From: Chlamydiia bacterium
Lineage (GTDB): Bacteria; Chlamydiota; Chlamydiia; Chlamydiales; Rhabdochlamydiaceae
DNA: 64,000 nucleotides
Direction of reading: 5' to 3'
Assembly: GCA_963804085.1 (NCBI GenBank)
Contig: CAWDOQ010000002.1
Location: forward strand, 192,001 to 256,000
The notes below the pieces were generated by a model. That model saw nothing but the letters and a program-made list of their open reading frames with translations. It was not told where the DNA came from and did not search any database. The translations under genes were made by a program, and so were the position numbers. This document shows, piece after piece, positions 36,782 through 46,771 of this stretch; position 1 is the stretch's first letter; each line of letters opens with the position of its first letter.

Positions 36782-37164
36782 TTCGGGAAGGCAAGCAATC
36801 GCCGCCATTTAGTTGGGGGAGGAAAGTCTGGACTTCGCAGGAGAAGATACCAGTGAAAGACTGGGGGCTGTAAAGCTACGGAAAGTGCAACAGAAAACAT
36901 TCCGCTACTCCTTTAGGCAACTAAACGAGTAGAGAGGCTGAAAACGCTGACTTCAGGAGTCAGCCACACTTGCAGAGATGCAGGGTGTTGTAAACCCTAT
37001 CTGAAGCAAGACCAAAATGGACCAACAAGCTGCTCTCCGCAGCGGTCCATGACCATGAGTCGCTTGAGGACTCTGGCGACAGAGTCCCTAGAGGAATGAT
37101 TGCTCACTTTATGAGACCCTTTGGGTCTCGGATGAGACAAAATCCGGCTTACCGCCTTCCCGAA
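36782..37164 (+). ncRNA. rnpB: RNase P RNA
   Basis: GAGGAAAGTCTGGAC, GAAAGTGCAACAGAAA, AAACCC...GAAGCAAG, AAATCCGGCTTA; P1 helix ttcgggaaggc/gccttcccgaa. Confidence 0.95.
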
Positions 37165-37222
37165 CTTTTTTCTAAGAATAAGAATTCAATGCAAAGGCGC
37201 GATGGCGCAAAAAAGAGGTTTT

Positions 37223-38353
37223 ATGAAGACTATTTTTTCTCTTTTACTATTAGTTTTTTCATGCGTGTTTGCTCATGCAGAAGTTATTGGACAGTGGGAT
37301 AAGGGTACGTTAGAAAAGAGCCAAGGACAGCTTGTGCTGCATGTCAAAGGCTCGCCTTACGAGCGCGGGTATCAGCATGGCAAACTCTTAAAAGAAAAAG
37401 TGCAAGAGAGTCTCACTCTCTTGATTGGTAACCAAAAGAAAGAAGCCCCAGAAAACAAAGAGCGGCTTACCGCGTTTATGCAAAATCTTCCTAAATTAAA
37501 AGGTTTTGTTCCCGAGCGTTTCATGGAAGAGATGCGCGGTGTGGCAGATGGTGCTGAGGTCCCCTTTGAAAAAATCGTGCTTTTGAACCTTTTTCCTGAA
37601 CTCTTTCATTGCAGTGGCATCACCGCCTGTGGAGATGCGACAGTAGAAGGCGCACTCTATCATGTGCGCGTTCTCGACTACGCTGTCGGCAAAGGCATCC
37701 AGAAAAACGCTGTGCTAATGGTGGCAGAGCCAGAGCAAGGCTTTCCCTTCTTGAATGTGACATACGCAGGATTTATAGGATCTGTGACAGGAATGAATAG
37801 CCAAAAAGTCGCTGTTGGCGAGATCGGCGGCAAAGGCTATGGATCTTGGGATGGCATGCCCATGACATTTCTTATCCGTAATATTTTGGAAGAGGCTGCC
37901 ACACTCGATGATGCTAAAGCGCTTTTAGAGAACTCTCCTCGCACATGCGAGTATTTTTACGTCTTATCCGACGGGAAAGATGACCGATCGGTCGGCGTCT
38001 ATGCTACACACGACACAATCGCTTTCTACGAGAAGGGAACCAGCTACCAATTGAACGATCTCACCTTTGAGCAGCCCCAAGAGTGCATCGTTATGACCGG
38101 CTTATGCTACCCAGAGCGTCATGCGCTCATTTTGGAGCGTATCAAAGAGGCGTATGGCGCGCTCAACGCATCCGTTCTGCAAGAGATCATCAAGCGCCCC
38201 GTTGCACGCGAATCCAATCTGCATAACGCTCTCTTTTTACCTGCTGCCCTGAAAGTCTGGATATCCCACGCCGGCCCAGATGGCGAGCCCGCCTGCGATG
38301 AGCCCTACGCCCTCTTCTGCCTCTCCGACTTTCTTACTGAAGTTGAAAAGTAA
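37223..38353 (+). CDS. Secreted C45-family Ntn-hydrolase peptidase
   Basis: Signal peptide, GSPYERGYQHG, EEMRGVADGA, HCSG nucleophile, RVLDY, TGMN. Confidence 0.85.
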   Translation: MKTIFSLLLLVFSCVFAHAEVIGQWDKGTLEKSQGQLVLHVKGSPYERGYQHGKLLKEKVQESLTLLIGNQKKEAPENKERLTAFMQNLPKLKGFVPERFMEEMRGVADGAEVPFEKIVLLNLFPELFHCSGITACGDATVEGALYHVRVLDYAVGKGIQKNAVLMVAEPEQGFPFLNVTYAGFIGSVTGMNSQKVAVGEIGGKGYGSWDGMPMTFLIRNILEEAATLDDAKALLENSPRTCEYFYVLSDGKDDRSVGVYATHDTIAFYEKGTSYQLNDLTFEQPQECIVMTGLCYPERHALILERIKEAYGALNASVLQEIIKRPVARESNLHNALFLPAALKVWISHAGPDGEPACDEPYALFCLSDFLTEVEK

Positions 38354-38404
38354 TCGTCCCCTTGTTTATTATATTGAACAAATGTGCATTTTGGTATACA
38401 CCCA

Positions 38405-38734
38405 ATGAACGATGGGTATGACGTTATTGTATACGCTACTCCCGATGGGAAGGAGCCATTTAACAAATGGGTATCGTCTATTAAAGATGGACAAACACAA
38501 CGAGTCATCCTTCGAAGGATTCAGCGGTTGCGTCAAGGGCTATTTGGTGATGCCAAGGCACTCGGCACTGGCATTCATGAACTACGGATCGATTTTGGCC
38601 CTGGGTATCGGGTGTATTTTGCAAAAGTAGGCAAGCGACTAATTTTGTTATTAGGAGGCGGAAACAAAGCCACGCAAAACAACGACATAAAAAATGCAAA
38701 ATGGTATCTAAAAGACTACGAGAACAATTTATGA
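38405..38734 (+). CDS. RelE/ParE-family addiction module toxin
   Basis: GKEPFNKW, GLFGDAK, ELRIDFGPGYRVYF, LLLGGGNKATQ. Confidence 0.92.
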   Translation: MNDGYDVIVYATPDGKEPFNKWVSSIKDGQTQRVILRRIQRLRQGLFGDAKALGTGIHELRIDFGPGYRVYFAKVGKRLILLLGGGNKATQNNDIKNAKWYLKDYENNL

Positions 38735-39141
38735 CAAGATCCTACCGAACATTTACATCTCTGCTAGATGACTTTTTAAAAAACCCTCAGTTTGCTGCTG
38801 ATTTTTTATCAGAATCTTTAGCAGAAAGAGATTTTGCCACATTTCTGATGTCTCTGAAAGATGTGATCCGTGTTCACGGAAGCATCTCTTCTTTAGCTCA
38901 GAAAACACACCTCAGTAGAGGTACTCTATATAATTTGTTTGCAGAGAGAGCAAATCCCGAAATCAAAACCATTTTGGCTGTGTTAGATTCCTTAGGCTAC
39001 AGCCTAAAAGTCACACAAAAAGAACGTATTCCTGCTAGAAAAAAATCTAGAAGAAAGACGAGAGCTTCCACATCCCGGTCTTCTATCAAGAGTCAGACAA
39101 CACGCAAACATTCTTTTACCCCCCCCCTTTCTCATCGCTAA
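38731..39141 (+). CDS. Addiction module HTH antitoxin
   Basis: ATGA overlap with the toxin; HGSISSLAQKTHLSRGTLYNLF...NPEIKTILAVLDSLG. Confidence 0.9.
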   Translation: MTRSYRTFTSLLDDFLKNPQFAADFLSESLAERDFATFLMSLKDVIRVHGSISSLAQKTHLSRGTLYNLFAERANPEIKTILAVLDSLGYSLKVTQKERIPARKKSRRKTRASTSRSSIKSQTTRKHSFTPPLSHR

Positions 39142-40057
39142 TTTTCGCGCGGGGGTGCGCTTTGTCGTAGACTGCGCGCTTCAGGCGCGTGGAGACTTGG
39201 GTGTAGATGGTCGTGGTTGCAAGAGAGCTGTGGCCGAGGAGTGTCTGAATCGTTTTCAGATCCATCCCTTTTTCGAGCCAGTGGGTGGCGATCGTGTGGC
39301 GGATGGTGTGGGGCGTGATCTTGCCGGCAAGGCCGCTGGCTGTTAAATACTCTTCAAATTTACGATCTATCGAGCGAACCGTAAGTCGCCCTCCCCATTT
39401 GTTCAAAAAGATCGCTTTCGGATCCTTTTCGCTCTGGTGCTTGTCTCCATCTATGTGGCGATCGGGATGGTTCAAGTAGGTCTGGATCCAAGTCGCTGCA
39501 TTTTTTGTGATGGGAACCACACGCTGCTTCTTCCCCTTTCCCATGACGCGCAGCTGAAAATGCTGAGAATCAAAATCGTCGCGGCTCATCGAGACAAGTT
39601 CGCTGATGCGCAAGCCGGAACTATAAAAAAGCTCTAAAATAGCGCGATCGCGCAGCCCCAGATAGGTCGTGGTATCGGGCATAGAAAAGAGCTGCTCAAC
39701 CTGCTGATACGTCAGGGGCGTCGGGATCGTCTTTTCAAGCTTTGGGCTATCGATCTCATCCATGGGGTTATGGGAAATCTTTTTTTCTTTAGACAGGTAC
39801 CTGAAAAAAGAGCGCAAGGTAGAAAGACGCCTGAGAAGTGTCCGCTTTTTTGCCCCAAGGCTTGAGAGCTCGCCTAAAAAACCTCTTATAGCCCTTTTAT
39901 CCAGTGAGCTAAAGGCAAGTGTCACCTTTTCTTTTTCGAGATATTTTTTAAACATCTCCAAATCCAGTCCATAGCCGCGCAATGTGTGTACCGAGACATT
40001 TTTTACTGCATTGAGGTAGTCTAAAAAATGGCCAAAACTCTCTTCTATCTCATTCAT
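39116..40057 (-). CDS. xerC: Tyrosine recombinase XerC
   Basis: GLRISEL, GKGKKQR, PHTIRHTIATH, LLGHSSLATTTIYT. Confidence 0.9.
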   Translation of the reverse strand: MNEIEESFGHFLDYLNAVKNVSVHTLRGYGLDLEMFKKYLEKEKVTLAFSSLDKRAIRGFLGELSSLGAKKRTLLRRLSTLRSFFRYLSKEKKISHNPMDEIDSPKLEKTIPTPLTYQQVEQLFSMPDTTTYLGLRDRAILELFYSSGLRISELVSMSRDDFDSQHFQLRVMGKGKKQRVVPITKNAATWIQTYLNHPDRHIDGDKHQSEKDPKAIFLNKWGGRLTVRSIDRKFEEYLTASGLAGKITPHTIRHTIATHWLEKGMDLKTIQTLLGHSSLATTTIYTQVSTRLKRAVYDKAHPRAKISDEKGGG

Positions 40058-40100
40058 CCACTTGTCCTCGAGCGCGCTTTCTGCTATATTCACCTACCTT

Positions 40101-41684
40101 ATGATTACACTCAATGCCATCTCAAAAAAAATTGGCGGGCGGGTCCTATTTGAAGGAATCTCCGTTACCTTTAGCGAAGGAAACCGCTACGGTCTCACCG
40201 GCCCAAATGGCGCAGGCAAGTCGACCTTGCTCAAGATTGTTATGGGCCTCGAAGAAGCCACGAGCGGGACTGTCTCGTTACCTCACAAGGTGGGCTTTTT
40301 AAAACAGAATATCGAAGACTTTCGATCTATACGCGTGCTCGATGTGGTGCTCATGGGCAACAAGCGCCTTTGGGATGCTCTCGCAGAGCGCGATCAGCTC
40401 TACACACAAGAGATGACCGATGCGATCGGCATACGCCTCGGAGAGATCGAAGAGATCATCGCCGAAGAGGATGGCTATGGTGCGGAATCCGATGCCGAAG
40501 TTCTCTTAACAGGCATGGGTATTCTCCCGGAAGTGCATACTTCTTTGATGTCCACCATTCCGACAGGCATGCAGTTTAGAGTGCTCCTCTGCCAAGCGCT
40601 CTTCGGCAATCCTCAAGCACTTCTCTTGGACGAACCGACCAACCATCTTGACTTGGAATCGATCGGCTGGCTTGAGCGCTTTTTACACAACTACACCGGA
40701 ACGTTAGTCGTCATTAGCCACGATAGACACTTTTTAAATGCGATCACCACCCACATCGCCGATATCGACTATGAGACGCTGATCATCTATCCAGGCAACT
40801 ATGACAACATGCTAGCTGCAAAGACCGCTGTACGCGAACGGACCGAATCCGATAACAAAACAAAAGAGAAGAAGATCGCCCAGCTGCAAGAGTTTGTCGC
40901 GCGCTTTGGTGCAGGTACTCGTGCAAGCCAAGTACAATCGCGCATAAGAGAGATCGACAGACTCTCCCCTCTCGAGCTTAAAAAATCTAATATCCAGCGT
41001 CCCTACATCCGCTTCTATCCACCCGAAAAACCCTCCGGACAGATCGTATTCAAAGTAGAAAACATCAGCAAAAGCTACGACGCGCAACCTGTCATCAAAA
41101 ACTTCTCCTGCGAGATTATGCGCGGCGATAAGATCGGCATCATCGGAAACAACGGACGCGGTAAAACGACATTCCTTAAAATGCTCGCGCAGGTGCTGGC
41201 GCAAGATAGCGGCCGTATCGAACTGGGCCACCAGGTGCAGATCGGCTACTTCCCTCAAAATCATGCCGATATCATCGACAAAAAATCATCCGTCACAGCC
41301 TTCGAGTGGCTCAAGTCAAAAAAACCCGGCGTCTACGATCAAGACATCCGCAGCGTTCTCGGCAAGATGCTCTTCGGAGGAGATGACGCCTTCAAGCCGG
41401 TCTCTCACCTCTCCGGCGGAGAAACAGCGCGCCTTATTTTAGCTGCGATGATGCTTTGCAACTACAACGTGCTCGTCTTAGACGAACCCAACAACCACCT
41501 CGACCTAGAGGCAGTCTCAGCACTCGCCTGGGGCCTCGAAGACTACAAGGGCACCATCGTCCTCGCGAGCCACGACCGCGACCTTCTGAGCAACGGAACA
41601 AATAAAATCTATGCATTTGAAGAGAGCGGCATCCGTCCTTTCGATGGCACGCTCGAAGATTACTTAACCGTCCACAAAAAATGA
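40101..41684 (+). CDS. ABC-F family ATPase
   Basis: Two ABC cassettes (GPNGAGKST, GNNGRGKTT, DEPTNHLD, DEPNNHLD), no TM segments. Confidence 0.93.
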   Translation: MITLNAISKKIGGRVLFEGISVTFSEGNRYGLTGPNGAGKSTLLKIVMGLEEATSGTVSLPHKVGFLKQNIEDFRSIRVLDVVLMGNKRLWDALAERDQLYTQEMTDAIGIRLGEIEEIIAEEDGYGAESDAEVLLTGMGILPEVHTSLMSTIPTGMQFRVLLCQALFGNPQALLLDEPTNHLDLESIGWLERFLHNYTGTLVVISHDRHFLNAITTHIADIDYETLIIYPGNYDNMLAAKTAVRERTESDNKTKEKKIAQLQEFVARFGAGTRASQVQSRIREIDRLSPLELKKSNIQRPYIRFYPPEKPSGQIVFKVENISKSYDAQPVIKNFSCEIMRGDKIGIIGNNGRGKTTFLKMLAQVLAQDSGRIELGHQVQIGYFPQNHADIIDKKSSVTAFEWLKSKKPGVYDQDIRSVLGKMLFGGDDAFKPVSHLSGGETARLILAAMMLCNYNVLVLDEPNNHLDLEAVSALAWGLEDYKGTIVLASHDRDLLSNGTNKIYAFEESGIRPFDGTLEDYLTVHKK

Positions 41685-42256
41685 AAACCGCCACAGACGA
41701 AAAGATCGAGACGATCACCCACCATTTTGGCAAGATCATGGAGGCGCTCGGCCTAGACATCAACACCTCTCCCCTCATAGACACGCCTAGACGTGTAGCC
41801 AAGATGTATGTCGAAGAGCTCTTTCGAGGACTCGACCCCGACCTCTTTCCTGAGATGGCCTACTTCTCAGCTCCTGCACCGGAAGAAGAGGGAAAGCTTG
41901 TGGCTGTGCGCCATATCACCTTTCATAGCATGTGCGAGCACCACTTCGTCCCGATGATCGGCAGCGTCTCTATCGCCTATCTTCCCAAAAAAAAGTTGCT
42001 CGGCCTCTCCAAAATAAACCGCTTGGTGGACTACTTCTCCAGACGTCCCCAGATCCAAGAGAGACTGACTGTGCAAATTGCAAATAGCCTCTCCCTCCTT
42101 CTCGAAACAGAAGATGTCGCAGTTCGAATCTCAGCCAAACACCACTGTGTCACAATGCGCGGCATCCAAGATCCCAATAGCGAAACCCTCACTCAAGACT
42201 TTCGAGGCAAATTCTTAAGCGACACCTCTTTAGTGCAACAATTTCTTGCAAATTAA
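41681..42256 (+). CDS. folE: GTP cyclohydrolase I
   Basis: DTPRRVAKM, SMCEHH, GLSKINR, QIQERLT, HHCVTMRG. Confidence 0.96.
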   Translation: MKTATDEKIETITHHFGKIMEALGLDINTSPLIDTPRRVAKMYVEELFRGLDPDLFPEMAYFSAPAPEEEGKLVAVRHITFHSMCEHHFVPMIGSVSIAYLPKKKLLGLSKINRLVDYFSRRPQIQERLTVQIANSLSLLLETEDVAVRISAKHHCVTMRGIQDPNSETLTQDFRGKFLSDTSLVQQFLAN

Positions 42257-42281
42257 GCCTACATAGAGCTATTTCAGAGGT

Positions 42282-42506
42282 ATGGTAGACCCCATTTCGG
42301 GCATTAGAGCCCCTATACCTCATCGAGCTGCAGAAAATCCTGACCAAATTATTTTGGCCAAGCAGATGAAGATGCCCTTAGAAAGTTTTATCCAAGCCCT
42401 GCGCAACCAGAGTCCCGATCATTTCCGGGATCCGAGCTACTTACAGAAACTATCCGCCGATATCGCAGATCTGCATAACCTCGCTTCAAAAGCGCTCAAC
42501 CTCTAA
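42282..42506 (+). CDS. Hypothetical protein (74 aa)
   Basis: GAGGT RBS; MVDPISG start. Confidence 0.6.
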   Translation: MVDPISGIRAPIPHRAAENPDQIILAKQMKMPLESFIQALRNQSPDHFRDPSYLQKLSADIADLHNLASKALNL

Positions 42507-42510
42507 ATCT

Positions 42511-42750
42511 ATGCTGAAAGAAAACCTAAAAGACGCAGGCGAAATCATTCAAAACATCCTCTCGCAACCCCTCTCCATCCCGGGCCTGCCAGAAAACATC
42601 ACACTCCTCAGCGCCGCACAAAACTATCGCTACGTCGACGGCGCCAGCTCCGACCTCTCCAAAGTGCTCCAGACCTTCCTAGACTACCCCGAGCCAACTC
42701 AAGTCCTCATCCGCGAGCTCGAGCTCATCTACCAAGACATCAACGTTTAA
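42511..42750 (+). CDS. Hypothetical protein (79 aa)
   Basis: Starts 4 bp after the previous ORF; host-like codon usage. Confidence 0.6.
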   Translation: MLKENLKDAGEIIQNILSQPLSIPGLPENITLLSAAQNYRYVDGASSDLSKVLQTFLDYPEPTQVLIRELELIYQDINV

Positions 42751-43211
42751 ACGGCGATCTGAAGATCCTCGGTAGCATTAATCTCAAGCGGCATACTCTT
42801 TTCAGGTCTCTTTTTTGATAGCTCTTCCAAACTGAGCTGGTTGTATAATTTACGAAATTCTTTGTCCTTTGCTTGCAAATGGTCGAAAGCGTAAAGGCGA
42901 ATACATAATTCTAGAGACGCACTTAATCTTCTCTTTCCATTTTCCCACTGAAGAACGGCAACATGGGTGACACCTAAAACTTTCCCAAAATCAGTTGTCG
43001 TCATACCGAAGAATTTGCGTATAAATTTCAGCTCTTGTTTTGTCAACGGGGTTGGTTTATTTACAAGGGCTCGCAGAACAACCAACTGGAGAGCGTTATA
43101 ATTGATATCCATAACCCATTCGCCAAGCATTTTTTTCATGGGAACATTGATGAGTTTTATGGGAAACCCGAGTGCATAAAACATCCTTGTTTCTCTTTTA
43201 TGTTTTTTCAT
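42747..43211 (-). CDS. HTH/XRE antitoxin (MqsA/HigA-like)
   Basis: ELKFIRKFFGMTTTDFGKVLGVTHVAVLQWENG. Confidence 0.85.
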   Translation of the reverse strand: MKKHKRETRMFYALGFPIKLINVPMKKMLGEWVMDINYNALQLVVLRALVNKPTPLTKQELKFIRKFFGMTTTDFGKVLGVTHVAVLQWENGKRRLSASLELCIRLYAFDHLQAKDKEFRKLYNQLSLEELSKKRPEKSMPLEINATEDLQIAV

Positions 43212-43540
43212 TTTTTCCTCTTTTTTCTCTTTAGTCTTCCATAAACAAAAGCCGTAACTATCATCATGATATCTTCAAACGCCACGATAACGCGCACATC
43301 TAAGCCATCTATTGTTTTCCCAGAAATTGCATAATTCCAGGACTGATGCTTCGTGCTAAATATCGTCTTGCTTTCATCATGCCTTCCATGAAGCAACACA
43401 TGTATTATGTCCCGCAGGTCTAGGTTGTCATTGACCAACTCTTCCAAGGCATGATCACTAAATTGGTATGCCTCATCACTAATATGCTTTTTGACAACCT
43501 TGAGGACATTTTCAATCCAATCAGATTCGCCTTTCGCCAC
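43208..43540 (-). CDS. DUF4258-family toxin
   Basis: FSDHALEE, DIIHVLLHG, WNYAISGKT...RVIVAF; overlaps the antitoxin start. Confidence 0.8.
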   Translation of the reverse strand: MAKGESDWIENVLKVVKKHISDEAYQFSDHALEELVNDNLDLRDIIHVLLHGRHDESKTIFSTKHQSWNYAISGKTIDGLDVRVIVAFEDIMMIVTAFVYGRLKRKKRKK

Positions 43541-43730
43541 AATAATTCCATTTTTGCTGATTGTAACAAAGATACAATTTACAGGCCAAAGAAAATTCGT
43601 AAATCTTTTTTTTTATAAGCATGTTAAGTTTTAAAAAAGAAACGTTAAAAACAACGATTTCCATCAAACCCTGAACCGTTTACGCGCCACCAATCTTGCA
43701 CCACGAAGTGGTAACAAGCTGCGAAGCTGC

Positions 43731-45203
43731 TGAAATGGTTGGCCAAAACTGGACACAAAATTCGCGAAAATAAGTTAAGCTTTACCCCTATAAACAAAAA
43801 AATAGAGGGTAAACAAAATGACACGCAAAAGGCACAGCGCAGAATTCAAGGCAAAGGTAGCTTTGGAGGCTGCCAAAGAAATCAAAACTCTGAATGAGTT
43901 GGCGTCTCAATACGAGGTGCATTCCGTTCAGATCTCCCAGTGGAAAAAGCAACTTCTAGAGAATATTGCTGAGGTGTTTATCACTCAGAAGAAGAATGTA
44001 AATCACACAAAAAAATTCGATGAACTCTATCGACAGATTGGTGAAGTGACAGTAGAACGGGATTGGCTTAAAAAAAAATTGGACCTTTTTCCGTAGATGA
44101 GAAGAGATCCATTATTAGGCCTGGAGATCGGGATTTCACGATTGAGCGCCAATGCGATTTGGTTGGATTGCCGAGATCCACCTACTACTATGAGTCGTGT
44201 TCTGACGATGCGTTTAATCTGGCCATGATGAGAGAGATCGACCAGCTCTTTATGGCATGCCCCTTTTATGGCAAGAGGCGCATTAGCGCCGTCTTGAAGT
44301 CAATGGGACATGAGGTGGGTGTGGATTTAGCCAAGACCTTGATGAAGCGGATGGGAATTGAGGCCATTTATCCGAAGCCCAATTTGAGCAAGCCGTATCC
44401 CGGCCATAAGATCTATCCCTACCTGCTTAGAGGGATCGAAATTGAGCGGATAAATCAGGTTTGGAGCACGGACATTACCTACCTGCGAATGAGACATGGC
44501 TTTCTCTACCTGACAGCAGTAATCGATTGGTATAGCCGCTACGTCCTTGCGTGGAGGCTATCAAACTCACTGGACGGGATGTTTTGTAGAGAAGTGCTGC
44601 GAGCGGCGCTTAAGAGAGGAACGCCCGATATGTTTAACACAGATCAAGGCGCCCAGTATACGAGTATTGAATTTACGGGGATACTGCTGGAAGCTGGGGT
44701 AAAAATCAGCATGGACGGCCGAGGGCGAGCTCTGGACAATGTGTGGGTAGAACGCCTTTGGAGGACAGTTAAACAAGAAGAAGTTTACATCCGAGACTAC
44801 GTTGATGGGCTTGACGCGCACAGAAGTCTCGAGAAGTATTTTGGCTTTTACAACGAGGAGCGGCTGCACTCATCGCTTGGTTATGTCGCACCTGGGGTGA
44901 TTTACAGGAAGTGAAAAACATGTCGGGGGCTACCGCCCCCCGCTCCCCCGCCGCCGCCCTTCGGTTGGACTCGGCAGACTTGTTTTTTAGTTTTTTTATG
45001 AGGGGGAGTCCCCCTCAAACTCCCCCAGCCTATCGGCATGGGTAAGACGAAATGGATGAGAAGAAAAAAGGTTGAAAAAGAGAAAGGGATGTTTTAGAGT
45101 AGAGCACTCTTTGGATGCTCAGTTAGAACCAAAGAAAATGAACGGGGTAAAGAGTTTAACTTAACTTTCGTTAAAACCTGTCCAGCCTAAGCCAACCACC
45201 TCA
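43731..45203 (+). mobile_element. IS3-family insertion sequence, 1473 bp
   Basis: TG...CA ends with imperfect inverted repeats (tgaaatggttggc / gccaaccacctca); GCTGC direct repeat at 43726-43730 and 45204-45208. Confidence 0.93.
43818..44914 (+). CDS. IS3 transposase OrfA (43818-44096) / OrfB joined by a -1 programmed frameshift
   Basis: [17 protein letters not shown]9 run at 44070-44078; [27 protein letters not shown] motifs. Confidence 0.93.
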
Positions 45204-45315
45204 GCTGCGACAGGTGCTAGCCGGGAGTGACGAAGGAACCCCCGGTATGAACATCCCCAACAAAAAGAGCCACGCAAGTGGCGACACTTATGGGTAAACG
45301 TATGGGCGCAAAGAC

Positions 45316-46440
45316 TTAGACAGTCTTCAGCACTTCGAAGCCTTGGCTTTCAAGAAAGGGGATAATCCCTGTCTGATCATAGAGATGAGCAAAGCCACAA
45401 GCATAGAGGGCACGACTCTTGGGGTTGGTTGAAAGATCGCTCATGATCGTTTTGCAAAAAGCATCATTTCTCTCGATATCATCCGGGCTATTACACCCAA
45501 GAGGTTTGTCAGCTTTCCAGTGTTGCATGATTGTGGGAGCTAACTGAGACTTTATTGAATCAACAGGATGGAGCAGATTGCTATTGTCCATTTGTTTAGA
45601 AGCCAGTTTATCAATAGCACGCATGTGCATCTCGAAAGGCTCTAATCCGGATACTTTTTTTTGCATCCTTGCAAATTTTTCATAGAGACAACAGTCAAGC
45701 GTTCCATTTAGTTTTTCACAGAGCTGGGCATATTTTTTCAAACACTCAAGAAGTGCATCAAGAGGATTCATTTTTTCAAGCTGCTGAGAGAACGCTTCAA
45801 GCTCTTGACCTGTTATAGCTTCAGGATGAGCTGCAAAGATTTGGAGATATCGTTTCGCAGCAGCACTCAACTCTTTCGGATCAACGTCTGCGAGCTGCTT
45901 TTTCACAAGAGAAAGTTCTGCAGCTTTCACCTGTTCCATTTCCTTAACTTCAACAAAAAGGCGATCGCACTTCTTCAGAATCTTTTCCATTTTTTTATTG
46001 AGAAGCTCTTTCGAAGAGGCGTCTAACATATGGACGGTTCCGAGTAGATAGCCACGCACATTTCCCTTCTGATCACGGATCATGAAAAAATGGGGTAGTG
46101 GCTCATGCGGAGGATTTTTTTCTTTTTCTGCCAGACGCACAGTCATGCGATTCGCTACTGTCTGAAAAATATCGAGCATGCTTTGTGTACATTTATCGAC
46201 CGAAATACCGAGATTTGCATTATCCTGTTTTATCAATTCACATAGAGACATCAGAGAAGATGTCATGAATGCTTGATCCTCCTCTGTAGGCTCTACCTTT
46301 TCTGCCTGGGCAAGATCAAATTGCGCTTTTAATCGGCCATTCGCCACTTTTTCTGAAGCACTCTTAATAAGCTGGTCGTCGAGCACCTCTTGAGAAACAG
46401 CCGTTTTAGCCCCTAAAGGCCCTTGGATAAAATAAGACAT
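45316..46440 (-). CDS. TraB/GumN (Tiki) family protein with N-terminal extension, candidate effector
   Basis: YLLGTVH, LFVE, KKVSGLE, ERN, CGFAHL, GIIPFLESQGFEV; no signal peptide. Confidence 0.8.
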   Translation of the reverse strand: MSYFIQGPLGAKTAVSQEVLDDQLIKSASEKVANGRLKAQFDLAQAEKVEPTEEDQAFMTSSLMSLCELIKQDNANLGISVDKCTQSMLDIFQTVANRMTVRLAEKEKNPPHEPLPHFFMIRDQKGNVRGYLLGTVHMLDASSKELLNKKMEKILKKCDRLFVEVKEMEQVKAAELSLVKKQLADVDPKELSAAAKRYLQIFAAHPEAITGQELEAFSQQLEKMNPLDALLECLKKYAQLCEKLNGTLDCCLYEKFARMQKKVSGLEPFEMHMRAIDKLASKQMDNSNLLHPVDSIKSQLAPTIMQHWKADKPLGCNSPDDIERNDAFCKTIMSDLSTNPKSRALYACGFAHLYDQTGIIPFLESQGFEVLKTV

Positions 46441-46469
46441 AAAACCTACGTTAGTAAAATTAATAGTTA

Positions 46470-46498
46470 ATTATACAACGTTTATATAAACTTTACAA
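46470..46498 (-). promoter_or_regulatory. Sigma66/sigma70-type promoter
   Basis: TTGTAA-N17-TATAAT on the minus strand, ~30 bp before ATG 46440. Confidence 0.6.
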
Positions 46499-46565
46499 TT
46501 TAAATTATTAATATATTAAGTAATTTAATGTTATTATAGTTAGTATATTCAAATTATTTATTGAT

Positions 46566-46656
46566 AGCAGAAAGCCAGCAGTAAAGCTAGTTAACGTCGA
46601 AACCTTAAAGCAAAAGCTCATTGAACCTCCTGCGCCTTTAGGCGTGAGAGGTTCAA
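46566..46656 (+). mobile_element. IS200/IS605-type non-autonomous remnant (right-end hairpin)
   Basis: ttgaacctcctgcgcctttaggcgtgagaggttcaa hairpin ending in TCAA; TTGAT at 46561-46565. Confidence 0.5.
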
Positions 46657-46771
46657 TTGAAGAAAAGCTCCTTAACCACTAAGACTGTTAGTAGATACGG
46701 AAACACGTCCATGATTTTAAAATTTGTAATGGACTCAAATGTACCTTATTTGGTACTTTTCGTGGATTAAG

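Noticed and set aside
36688-37302. Short ORFs 36688-36900 (-) and 37096-37302 (+)
   Set aside because: They overlap the RNase P RNA gene and neighbouring CDSs.
39116-40057. Integron integrase driving the downstream gene cluster
   Set aside because: Protein looks like housekeeping chlamydial XerC next to the ABC-F gene, lacks an evident IntI-specific insertion, and no attC sites were seen.
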